Assembly (NCBI GenBank): GCA_042219045.1
Contig: JBDGQO010000049.1
Coordinates: 1 to 64,000, forward strand
Direction: 5' to 3'
Source: Candidatus Bipolaricaulia bacterium
Lineage (GTDB): Bacteria; Bipolaricaulota; Bipolaricaulia; RBG-16-55-9
DNA length: 64,000 bases
Of the stretch, positions 20,074 to 29,237 are shown piece by piece (the stretch's first letter is position 1; each line of letters starts with the position of its first letter). The translations under genes and the position numbers were made by a program. A model generated the notes under the pieces. It ran no database searches. It saw nothing but the letters and a program-made list of their open reading frames with translations, and was not told the DNA's origin.

Positions 20074-20403
20074 GCTTGACCCTTCCTTCCATTCCTTAAT
20101 TCCAGGTCTCATTATCGTTTTGTCGGTCGTCCGTCACCATGATCCGGGTCAGGATCGTGTCACGGTTTGCCGCCATGATCGGGTGAGCCCGGGGCGCGGT
20201 AGGCCGCTGGCGCGCACTCCGTCGGTTGTCGCAGTAGGCAGCGCCTGCGGAGCGGTCGGTGAAATCGTTCGGACGAAACGATTGGGTCCTTGCCTGATAA
20301 GCCCGAAATTTCCCCTTATAAAAGGGCAAACTGCGCTACGTCATGGCGGTATTCGCCACGCCGGCCCATACTGGAAACGCCAACCGCATGAGAGGAGGGC
20401 GCG

Positions 20404-21651
20404 ATGGAGATGACTTGGACTGATCGCTACGCGCAGCGAATGCATCACATGAGCGGCTCCGCCATTCGCGAACTGCTCAAACTGACGGCACAACCGGATG
20501 TGATCTCCTTCGCCGGCGGCTTGCCCGCGCCGGAGGTCTTCCCGGTGGAGGCGTTCAACGAGGCGTCGCAGCGGGTTCTGCACGAGCACGGGTCCACGGC
20601 CCTGCAGTACAGCACCACGGAAGGCTTTCCCCCGTTGCGCGAGCTGATCGCGGAGATGATGACCGAAGATGGCTTCGAGGTCGATCCCGACCAAATCCTG
20701 ATCACGCATGGGTCCCAGCAAGCGCTCGACCTGTTCGGCAAGATCTTCATCAATCCGGGTGACCACGTGGCGGTGGAACGGCCCACGTTCTTGGGCGCGC
20801 TCCAGGCCTGGAAGGCCTATCAAGCCGAGTACTTGACGGTCCCCGTCGACGACGAGGGCATGAAGGTCGACGAACTCGACGAGGTCCTACGGCACGGCCC
20901 GAAGTTCCTCTACACCATGCCGACGTTCCACAACCCGGCCGGCGTGACGCTCTCGCCCAAGCGGCGCGAGATACTTTTGGAGTTGGCCGACCAGTACGGC
21001 GTGCCGGTGGTGGAGGATGATCCCTACGGCAAGCTCCGCTATTCCGGCGAGCCCCAGAGCCCGCTTGTGGCCCTGGACGGGCGCCGCTACGCGACATCCG
21101 ACGAGGGCAACGTGCTCTATCTCGGCACGTTCTCCAAGACGCTCTCGCCCGGTCTCAGGTTGGGCTGGGCGCTGGCGCCCAAGGACGTCATCCGCCGCAT
21201 GGTCCAAGCCAAGCAGGGCGCCGATCTGCACACGAGCACGTTCTCCCAGATGGTGGCGTACGAGGTCGCCCGTGACGGCTTCATCGACGAGCACGCCGAG
21301 CGGATCCGCTCGGTCTATCGCGAGCGCCGCGACGCGATGCTGAGCGCCATCGCGGAGAGCTTTCCGGAGGGCGTGGAATGGACGCACCCCGAGGGTGGCC
21401 TGTTCCTGTGGGTTACGCTTCCCGAGCAGATTGATGCGGCGGAGCTGCTCGAGACAGCGGTGGAGATGGAAAAGGTCGCGTTCGTGCCCGGTCACACGCT
21501 CGATCCCACGGAACGGACTCGCAACACGATGCGGCTCAACTTCTCCTACGCCAACGTCGAGTTGATCGAGGACGGCATGGAGCGCCTCGGTCGGGTGCTG
21601 AATCGCGAGTTGGCCGACAAGGCGCCGAGCGCGGCCCAAGCATCCGATTGA
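20404..21651 (+). CDS. PLP-dependent aminotransferase, class I/II (LysN/ARO8-like)
   Basis: ISFAGGLP, HNPAG, EDDPY, TFSKTLSPGLRLGW, MRLNFS. Confidence 0.9.
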   Translation: MEMTWTDRYAQRMHHMSGSAIRELLKLTAQPDVISFAGGLPAPEVFPVEAFNEASQRVLHEHGSTALQYSTTEGFPPLRELIAEMMTEDGFEVDPDQILITHGSQQALDLFGKIFINPGDHVAVERPTFLGALQAWKAYQAEYLTVPVDDEGMKVDELDEVLRHGPKFLYTMPTFHNPAGVTLSPKRREILLELADQYGVPVVEDDPYGKLRYSGEPQSPLVALDGRRYATSDEGNVLYLGTFSKTLSPGLRLGWALAPKDVIRRMVQAKQGADLHTSTFSQMVAYEVARDGFIDEHAERIRSVYRERRDAMLSAIAESFPEGVEWTHPEGGLFLWVTLPEQIDAAELLETAVEMEKVAFVPGHTLDPTERTRNTMRLNFSYANVELIEDGMERLGRVLNRELADKAPSAAQASD

Positions 21652-21696
21652 GCAACGGCTCCGTGCGCTCAACTTGATGGAGAGGAGGTGCGACCC

Positions 21697-21906
21697 ATGA
21701 AGGCACAGACGCGAACCGAACGCGCCCGAGAGTGCTGTCCGTATCTGGGCGCCTATGCCGAGAGCCGTGGCATCGTCTTGGGACGCTTCTGTCGCCATCC
21801 GCAGAACCTGGATGCGAAGGGCCGACTGCGGCTCGACAGCCTGAATTGCGGCGAGTGGGAGGCTTGTCCCCGAACCCGCGACCAGCTGCAGCGGGCTTAC
21901 CGCTAG
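21697..21906 (+). CDS. Small Cys-rich hypothetical protein (69 aa)
   Basis: Strong SD GGAGAGGAGG; CCPYL..FCRH..NC..WEACP. Confidence 0.6.
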   Translation: MKAQTRTERARECCPYLGAYAESRGIVLGRFCRHPQNLDAKGRLRLDSLNCGEWEACPRTRDQLQRAYR

Positions 21907-22334
21907 CGGATCCGCACTGGGCGCAAGTTGAGGGCCTCGAAGGCCTCCACGAGCGCGCCGGCGTCCCAGCCTTGGAGCCGGAACAGATGGCTCCGGCAGC
22001 GGCAGTCGCTTGCGCCGAAGCCGTCGACGGCTCGAACCGCACGGCGTGACAGCTCGTCCGCTAGCGCGCACTCGGCGTCGGGATCCGACGTCTCAGCCGT
22101 GAGGGCATCCACCCGTCGGCTGAGGCCGAGCAGATAGTCGACGTGCCAGCGGCGCGAGGCGCGCGCCCCGGACGCAACGTCTTGATGACGAGCGACTCGA
22201 CTTGCCAGGCCGCCCGTGCCTTGCGCGGACCCGACGTAGACGTAGACGCCGTTGAACGCTTGCAGGCCGAGCCTCCCTACCGTTGTCTCTCCGTAGGCTT
22301 CCACCAATAAACCGTAAATGCCTTTCATCGCCAT
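21903..22334 (-). CDS. GIY-YIG nuclease family protein (DUF123-like)
   Basis: KGIYGL, GVYVYVGSA, RVARH, WHVDYL, GFGASDCRCRSHL. Confidence 0.85.
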   Translation of the reverse strand: MAMKGIYGLLVEAYGETTVGRLGLQAFNGVYVYVGSAQGTGGLASRVARHQDVASGARASRRWHVDYLLGLSRRVDALTAETSDPDAECALADELSRRAVRAVDGFGASDCRCRSHLFRLQGWDAGALVEAFEALNLRPVRIR

Positions 22335-22515
22335 CGATGGCTCCATGCTTAAAGTCGGACTCTGGATGCGCCACACATCGGCCCAAGTTCGCAGCCTAGG
22401 CGTCATCAGCCACCCCGCAGCTCGGTGCACCTGTGACATGCCCCAGCATTGGGACAACATCGCGCCATCATGGTAAGTTGTGATGGAAAAGGCGTGCGAC
22501 AAGGGGTTGGGTGCC

Positions 22516-25500
22516 ATGCAACGGCTGCATCTCTTCGGCCAGCCCGAGTTGTTCGATGCGACGGGCCGGCCCGTATCCGTGCGGACGTCCACGTCGCTGC
22601 ACTTGTTGGCGTATCTGTGGCGGTATCGCGGCGAGGCGCACGCCCGGATGCGCGTGGCCGCCCAACTTTGGCCGGAGACCGAAGAATCCCGGGCTCGGCA
22701 GAACCTCCGCCAGGCGCTCCATCACCTCCGGCAACTCCTGGATCTCCCGGATGACGGCGGTGCCTACCTCGATGTCGATCGACAGACCATCCGCATGCGG
22801 GCCGACACGCCGCTCTGGGCCGACGTGGATGCCTTTGAAGGGCACCTCCACCAAGCCGAGGACGGCGACGACGCCGATCGCGTGCAGCATCTCGAGGCGG
22901 CGGTCGCGTTCTATCGCGGCGATTTTCTAGAGAGCAGCGACGAGGACTGGGCCATCGAGGAACGTGAATTCCTGAAGATGCGCTACGTCGAGGCTCTGGA
23001 CGGGTTGATCGATCTGTGCATTCGACAGGGGCGCAGAGAGGACGCCATCACCTATGCTGAGCGCATCCTCGCCCAGCATCCGTTGCGCGAGGACGTCCAT
23101 CGTCGCCTCATGGCCCTGTATTACGAGCGCGGCGATCGCAGCTCGGCGTTGGCCCAATACCGGCGCCTCCATCAACAGCTCGACGTGGACCTCGACATTT
23201 CGCCCGACCGGGAGACCGAGCGGCTCTATCGGGTGATCGAAGCCAACGCCCCGCTCGGCGGCGTTGGCCCCAAGGACACGCCGAAAACGCCGTCCAACCT
23301 GCCCCATCTGTTGACCCGCTTCCACGGACGGGACGAGGACGTGGAGACCATTGCCAACTGGCTGGAGGCTCAACGGCTCGTCACGCTCACGGGCGTCGGC
23401 GGCTGCGGCAAGACGCGTTCGGCCGTTGAGGCTGGCCATAGGCTGAGGGAGCGCTTCGCCGATGGCGTCTGGTTCGTCGACCTGGCGCCGTTGACGGACC
23501 CGCATTGGATTCCGCAGGCGATCGCCTCCACGCTCAACCTCGCCCAGACGAAGATCCAGGCCCTCACGGACGAGCTCATCGAGCACCTCCGCGAGACGCG
23601 GACCCTGTTGATTCTGGACAACTGCGAGCACCTCATCGACGCCAGCGCGCGCCTGGCACAGCGTCTGTTGGAGGCGTGCCCCCATCTGGCGATCGTTGCC
23701 ACCAGCCGCGAGGCCTTCCATCTGTCGGGCGAGCGGGTGTGGAACGTCCGGCCGTTGGCGGTTCCGGAGCTTCCCATATCGCGCGACGAGTTGACCGAAT
23801 TTGCCATCGTCCAGCTCTTTCTCGAGCGGGCGCGGGGTCTTTGCCCCGACTTTCGGCTGACCGACGCGAACGCCGCGGCCGTGGCGAGGATCTGTCGAGC
23901 GTCGGAGGGCATCCCTTTGGCGGTCGAGCTGGCGGTCACGTGGCTTCGTGTCCTCTCAGTGGGCGAGATCGCGGAGAGGTTGGGGGCCGATCCGGACCTG
24001 TTGACCGCGCAGACGCGCGACGTGCCGCCCCGGCATCGCAGCATGCGCGCCGTCTTCGAGCACTCCTGGAACCTGCTGTCCGAGCGGAGCCAGGCGTTGT
24101 TTCGCCGGCTTTCCGTGTTCCGTGGCGGCTTCACGCGCAAGGCCGCGGAGGAGGTGGCCGGGGCGTCGCTGATGCAACTCGCCGCGCTGCTGGACCAGTC
24201 GCTGTTGGAGCGGCGCGCGGACGGCCGGTACGTGTGCCACGAGCTCTTGCGCCAGTTCGGCGAGGCCAAGTTGGCGGCATGCGAGGAGACCGACGAGGTG
24301 CGCCGTCGGCATCTGGCGTTCTTCCTCGCGTTGGCCGAGCGCGCCGAAACGGAGCTGGCCGGAGCGAACCAGGGCGAATGGCTGCGCTGTCTTACGGATG
24401 AACTGGACAATCTGCGCGCGGCGTTGGCGTGGGCCCTCGAGACCGACCGAGCCGAGGAGGCGCTGCGCCTGGTGACCGCGCTGGGGCGATTTTGGGGGCT
24501 GCGCGCCTACCTGAGCGAAGGGCGCCAGTGGCTGGATCGGGCGCTGCAGCAACTACAGCAAGCCGAGCCGGCCACGCAGGCGAAAGCGCTCCACCAAGCG
24601 GGCGAACTGGCCTGGCGCCAGGGCGACTACGCGACGGCCGAGACCTATCAGCAACGGAGCCTGGCCCGCTACCGCGAACTGGGCGACGACGTCGGGGCAT
24701 CGCAGTCGCTGGTCGGGCTCGGTCGCACGGCGCAGGAGCTGGGACACCTCGATCGGGCCCGTGAGCTGTTCGAGGAGGGCCTCAGCATCGAGCGCGAACG
24801 CGGCGACCAATGGGGCATGGCTCGGGCGCTCGGCAACCTGGGCGAGGTGACCCTGGAACAAGGCGACCCGGAGGCAGCCCGTGATTCCCTTGGGCAGAGC
24901 CTGGAGATGTTGCGTGAGGCGGGCGATCGGTCGGGCGAGTGCAACGTCCTGAACAAGCTCGGCTACGTGGCGAGCGTCCAGGGGGATGTCGACGGGGCCC
25001 GTTCCTATCTCAACGAAAGCCTCGCCATTGCGCGCCAGGTGGACGACCAGCGGGGCATTGCGATGGCGCTCGGCAACCTGGGCAACCTGGCCTTGGAGCA
25101 AGCGGAATGGGACCGAGCCCGGGCGTCGCTCAGCGAGATTGCGGAAATCTTCCGCGAGATGAACGATCGTCGCAACCTTTACGTGGCGCTCAACAAGCTC
25201 GGCCAAGTCGAGCTGGCGCGCGACGACGTGGCCGAGGCGAGGAGGCATTTCGACGAAGCCCTGGCGATCTGTCGTCGAATCGACGATCAGCTCGGCATTG
25301 CCGAGGTCCTCTGCGGCCTGGCGGAGACGGTTCGCCGAGACGGGCATGATCGGAACGCAGCCCGGCTCCAGGGGGCGATCATGGCGCTGCTCGAGCAGGT
25401 CGGGGCCTCGCTGCAAGCGCACGAACGACGGCTCTTCGAGGGCACCCAGTCGTCGCTGATGTCGGAACTCGGCGGAGCTGCTTATCAGGACGAGGCGGGC

Positions 25501-25548
25501 CAGGGACGGGCAGAGGGCTTTGCCTCGCTCGTGGACGCTGGAGCTTGA
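22516..25548 (+). CDS. SARP/BTAD transcriptional activator with STAND-type ATPase and TPR repeats
   Basis: BTAD (YRGDFL, PLREDVHRRLM), Walker A GVGGCGKT, LILDNCEH, GIPLAVELA, many ALGNLG-type TPRs. Confidence 0.9.
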   Translation: MQRLHLFGQPELFDATGRPVSVRTSTSLHLLAYLWRYRGEAHARMRVAAQLWPETEESRARQNLRQALHHLRQLLDLPDDGGAYLDVDRQTIRMRADTPLWADVDAFEGHLHQAEDGDDADRVQHLEAAVAFYRGDFLESSDEDWAIEEREFLKMRYVEALDGLIDLCIRQGRREDAITYAERILAQHPLREDVHRRLMALYYERGDRSSALAQYRRLHQQLDVDLDISPDRETERLYRVIEANAPLGGVGPKDTPKTPSNLPHLLTRFHGRDEDVETIANWLEAQRLVTLTGVGGCGKTRSAVEAGHRLRERFADGVWFVDLAPLTDPHWIPQAIASTLNLAQTKIQALTDELIEHLRETRTLLILDNCEHLIDASARLAQRLLEACPHLAIVATSREAFHLSGERVWNVRPLAVPELPISRDELTEFAIVQLFLERARGLCPDFRLTDANAAAVARICRASEGIPLAVELAVTWLRVLSVGEIAERLGADPDLLTAQTRDVPPRHRSMRAVFEHSWNLLSERSQALFRRLSVFRGGFTRKAAEEVAGASLMQLAALLDQSLLERRADGRYVCHELLRQFGEAKLAACEETDEVRRRHLAFFLALAERAETELAGANQGEWLRCLTDELDNLRAALAWALETDRAEEALRLVTALGRFWGLRAYLSEGRQWLDRALQQLQQAEPATQAKALHQAGELAWRQGDYATAETYQQRSLARYRELGDDVGASQSLVGLGRTAQELGHLDRARELFEEGLSIERERGDQWGMARALGNLGEVTLEQGDPEAARDSLGQSLEMLREAGDRSGECNVLNKLGYVASVQGDVDGARSYLNESLAIARQVDDQRGIAMALGNLGNLALEQAEWDRARASLSEIAEIFREMNDRRNLYVALNKLGQVELARDDVAEARRHFDEALAICRRIDDQLGIAEVLCGLAETVRRDGHDRNAARLQGAIMALLEQVGASLQAHERRLFEGTQSSLMSELGGAAYQDEAGQGRAEGFASLVDAGA

Positions 25549-25623
25549 GCGTTGTTGCCGCTGCACGCGCCCCCTGGCTACACTTGACCCATCTCCACAT
25601 GAAACCGCCCGAGGAGGCCTGAC

Positions 25624-26520
25624 ATGCCTGACCGCTTGATCGTACTCAACAAGGACGAGGACACCGTCTCATTTGTCGACGTCGACAGCGGGGCGACGAT
25701 CCAGAAGATCGACGTCGGCCATCATCCCCACGAAGTGGAAACCGTCCCTGAAGAGAACCTCTGCTACGTCTCCAACGCGCTGGAGGGCGACGTCTCGGTC
25801 ATCGATACGGAGGCGATGGAGGAGACCGAGCGAATCGAGCATCCCGAGTTCGTCTTCCCGCACGACATCAAGGTCTCGCCCGATCGGTCCAAGCTCTATC
25901 TGGCGTCGACGCACGCCCACAAGGTCTTCATCTTCGAGCGCCCGTCGCACGATGTTGTCAAGGTGCTCAAGACGGGCCAACGCCTCTCGCACATGTTGGA
26001 CCCCATGCCGGATTGGAGTCGCGTCTACGTGCCGAATATCGGCTCGAACACGCTGTCGGTGTTGAATCCGTCGACTGACGAAATCGAGATGCACGTCTCC
26101 GTCGGCAAGGGACCGGAAGGCGTCTCCGTCCATCCCGGTGGCGAGTTTTTATACGTCGCCAACCAAGACGAGAACAACCTTTACGTGCTCAGCACCGAGC
26201 ACCACGGCGTCCTCGCCAAGCATCCCATCGGGACGACCCCCGTGCGGATGGTCTTCTCGCCCGACGGGACGTACGCGTTCGTGCCCAACCGCGAGTCGCA
26301 CGACGTCTCCGTCATCGACACGTCTCGTCATTGGGAGATCAAGCGGCTGCCTGTGGGGCGTTGGCCGGGCGGCGTCGTGTTCAGCCCGACTGGCGAACGG
26401 GCCTACGTCGCCAACAACAAGACGAACGACGTCTCCGTCATCGACGTGGGCACGCTGAAGGAGATCGAGCGGTTCGACGTCGGCATCCATCCCGATGGAA
26501 TCGGCTATCTGTTCCATTGA
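25624..26520 (+). CDS. YVTN/YncE-type beta-propeller repeat protein
   Basis: Repeated YVAN..DVSVID..VG..P units; no signal peptide visible. Confidence 0.85.
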   Translation: MPDRLIVLNKDEDTVSFVDVDSGATIQKIDVGHHPHEVETVPEENLCYVSNALEGDVSVIDTEAMEETERIEHPEFVFPHDIKVSPDRSKLYLASTHAHKVFIFERPSHDVVKVLKTGQRLSHMLDPMPDWSRVYVPNIGSNTLSVLNPSTDEIEMHVSVGKGPEGVSVHPGGEFLYVANQDENNLYVLSTEHHGVLAKHPIGTTPVRMVFSPDGTYAFVPNRESHDVSVIDTSRHWEIKRLPVGRWPGGVVFSPTGERAYVANNKTNDVSVIDVGTLKEIERFDVGIHPDGIGYLFH

Positions 26521-26523
26521 TGC

Positions 26524-27267
26524 CTATCCCCTGAGCAGCACCTGGAACGCGATCATCGCCAACGTCGCGATCGTCACCGTCACGGCGACGGTGTTGCGAG
26601 AGGCGTCTCCAATCGCTTCCGGGATCAGTTCGGAGAAGACCATCCAGAGCATCGCGCCGGCCGCGAAGCCCAGCCCCACGGGCAGCACGGGCCGGAACGT
26701 CTCGACCAACAGGAAGGCGGGAACGGCCATGAGCGGCTGCGGCAGGCTGGAGAAGACGCTCCATCCGGCGGCCTTCCAGGTGGCGACGCCGCGCGGGATC
26801 AACACCAGGCTGATCGCCAATCCTTCGGGGATATTGTGCACGGCAATCGCGATGGTGACGAACAGCCCCAGCGCCTCGCCGCCCCCGAACGAGACCCCGA
26901 CGCCGACGCCCTCGGTAAACGAGTGCACGGTCATGACGCCGACGATGAGCAGCGCCTTGCGCGCATCTACGCCCCGCAGCGCCCCCAAGGTCAACTCCTC
27001 GTCAGCGTCGAGGCGGCTTTTGGTCCAGACGATAAAGCCCAAGCCGATGAGCGCGCCGAGCATCACGCGGCTGAGCCCGACGTCGAGGCCCTCCTGGAGC
27101 AGGCCGAAGCTGGCGCCGAGCATGAGGCCGGAGGCAAGGGCATTGGCGATGCCGAGTAAGCGGCGGGTGAGCCCGCGCGTGAGGGCAAAGGGGAGCGCAC
27201 CCAGGCCCGTCGCGATCGCCGTCAGCGACGCGAACCAGAGCACGTCCCACGCCGATACCTGGGCCAT
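26524..27267 (-). CDS. ZIP-family divalent metal transporter (ZupT/GufA-like)
   Basis: HSFTEG and HNIPEGLA motifs; multiple TM helices. Confidence 0.9.
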   Translation of the reverse strand: MAQVSAWDVLWFASLTAIATGLGALPFALTRGLTRRLLGIANALASGLMLGASFGLLQEGLDVGLSRVMLGALIGLGFIVWTKSRLDADEELTLGALRGVDARKALLIVGVMTVHSFTEGVGVGVSFGGGEALGLFVTIAIAVHNIPEGLAISLVLIPRGVATWKAAGWSVFSSLPQPLMAVPAFLLVETFRPVLPVGLGFAAGAMLWMVFSELIPEAIGDASRNTVAVTVTIATLAMIAFQVLLRG

Positions 27268-27401
27268 GGGGCGAGTGTAGCGACGAGCGTCCGAGGCAAC
27301 GATGACAGCCGTCGTGAGCCTGAGTCCGACGGGGGCTCATCCCATGTTTGATCGCCGCCGTTGTGCGATTGCTTCGGCCTCTGGCACAATGATTTTATCC
27401 T

Positions 27402-28451
27402 ATGAGCCATTCCAGCATGCACGCCGTTGTCAAAGCGGAGTCGAGCGCCGGCCTCACGATGCGCGAGGTTCCCGTTCCGGAGATCGGCCCCCAGGACGTG
27501 CTCGTCAGCGTCAAGGCGTGCTCGATCTGCGGAACCGATCTCCACATCCACCGCTGGGATCCGTGGGCCCAGGATCGCCTGGATCCCCCGTTGGTCGTCG
27601 GCCACGAGGCCTGCGGCGAGATTGCGGACGTCGGCCGCGACGTGACGTCCGTCAAGGAAGGCGATCTCGTCTCGCTGGAGAGCCACGTCGTCTGCGGCAC
27701 TTGTGACATGTGCCTGACGGGCCGTGGGCACCTCTGTCGGAACACGAGCATCCTGGGCGTCGATCGCGATGGCGTGTTCGCCGACTACGTGGCCGTGCCC
27801 GCGCTCAACGCCTGGCCCGATCCGCCGGGGATGCCCTTCGAAATCGCCTCGCTTCAGGAAAACTTCGGCAACGCCGTCCACACGGCGTTCACGGTCGATC
27901 TGCGAGCCCGAAAGGTTCTCGTGACGGGCTGCGGCCCCGTGGGCATCATGGCCATCGCCGTGGCGAAGGCGATCGGCGCGCGCTCGGTCTACGCGACCGA
28001 CGTGAGCGACTATCGCCTCCAACTGGCCCGGGACATGGGCGCCGACGGCACGTTCAACGACGGCGAGGTCAACACCGTCGATGCGGTCATGGAGGCGACC
28101 GAGGGCGAGGGCGTCGACGTGCTGTTGGAGATGTCCGGCGCGCCGGGGGCCGTTCGCGAGGGATTCGAGCTGATCAAGCCCGGCGGCGAGGCGGCGCTTT
28201 TGGGCCTGCCCGGCGAGGCCATGTCCTTCGACTTCGACAATCTCCTGATCTTCAAGGGCATCAAGGCCCATGGCGTCATCGGTCGCAAGCTTTGGGAGAC
28301 GTGGTTCCAGGCGCGAGGCCTGCTGCGCTCCGGCGCCGTCAACCTCCAACCGATCGTGACGCACCGGTTCCCGCTTGCCGACTATGAGGACGCGTTCGCG
28401 CTGATGGAATCCGGCGACTGCGGGAAGGTCGTGCTGCTGCCGGCGGAGTGA
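27402..28451 (+). CDS. tdh: L-threonine 3-dehydrogenase
   Basis: SICGTDLHI, GHE, CGTCDMC, GNAVHT, LEMSG, GRKLWETW, CGKVVL. Confidence 0.9.
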   Translation: MSHSSMHAVVKAESSAGLTMREVPVPEIGPQDVLVSVKACSICGTDLHIHRWDPWAQDRLDPPLVVGHEACGEIADVGRDVTSVKEGDLVSLESHVVCGTCDMCLTGRGHLCRNTSILGVDRDGVFADYVAVPALNAWPDPPGMPFEIASLQENFGNAVHTAFTVDLRARKVLVTGCGPVGIMAIAVAKAIGARSVYATDVSDYRLQLARDMGADGTFNDGEVNTVDAVMEATEGEGVDVLLEMSGAPGAVREGFELIKPGGEAALLGLPGEAMSFDFDNLLIFKGIKAHGVIGRKLWETWFQARGLLRSGAVNLQPIVTHRFPLADYEDAFALMESGDCGKVVLLPAE

Positions 28452-28481
28452 TCCAGTCCGCTAAGCGGGCTCAAGCCTGGG

Positions 28482-29147
28482 TTACGTCTGGGACGTCGTC
28501 TGGGAGTCGAGGACCGTGATGCCGTGGTCTTTGAGATCCTGGACGATGCCGCGCCAGTCGAAGTGGTCGATGCGCAGCACGATGACGTCGTGCTCGTCGC
28601 TGCTGCGGCATTCCTCGCAACTGATGATGCTGACGACGTTGGCGTCATGGCCCCTCAGGATCTCCAGCGCCTCCGACAGCGAGCCGGGTCGGTCCTCCAG
28701 CTCGAGCGTGAGCCGCGTGCCGTCCTGGTCGATGCCGAGCGCCTCGATGAGCACGTCGAAGATGTCGGACTCGGTGATCACGCCGACGAGCTGATCCTCG
28801 TCCTCAACGACGGGCAGCCCGCCGATGCGGTGCTTGCGCATCAGCATCGCGGCCTTCTCGATGGTGTCATCGGGCGAGACGGCCACGATGTCCTCCACAG
28901 GCGTCATCACCTCGCCGATGGTGATGCGGGCGAGCAGGTAATTGAGCTCCCAGATGCTGAGCGAGGTCGCGCCGGAGGGCCCGGCTTCCTGGATGTCACC
29001 CTGCGAGGCGAGACCGACCAAGCGGCCGTCCTCGACGATGGGAAGACGGCGGATCATGTGCTGCTTCATCGTGTCGCGCGCTTCCATGATGGGCGTGTCC
29101 GGATGGGCAGTGACGGCGTCGTCGGTCATCCACATGCGAACAAACAA
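28482..29147 (-). CDS. CBS-pair plus ACT-domain protein (AcuB-like)
   Basis: IRRLPIV, SLSIWELNYLL, IGGLPVV, EDRPGSL; TTG start. Confidence 0.85.
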   Translation of the reverse strand: MFVRMWMTDDAVTAHPDTPIMEARDTMKQHMIRRLPIVEDGRLVGLASQGDIQEAGPSGATSLSIWELNYLLARITIGEVMTPVEDIVAVSPDDTIEKAAMLMRKHRIGGLPVVEDEDQLVGVITESDIFDVLIEALGIDQDGTRLTLELEDRPGSLSEALEILRGHDANVVSIISCEECRSSDEHDVIVLRIDHFDWRGIVQDLKDHGITVLDSQTTSQT

Positions 29148-29237
29148 GGCCGAGTGCCTCCTCTTTCAACTCGATAGCGATATCATAGGAGAATAGGGAA
29201 ACGCGCGTCCTGTGCCAATGATGTATGTCAGGACGCC

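Noticed and set aside
20096..20329. 77-aa ORF in the divergent promoter region
   Set aside because: No SD, motif or codon run suggesting a real gene or leader peptide.
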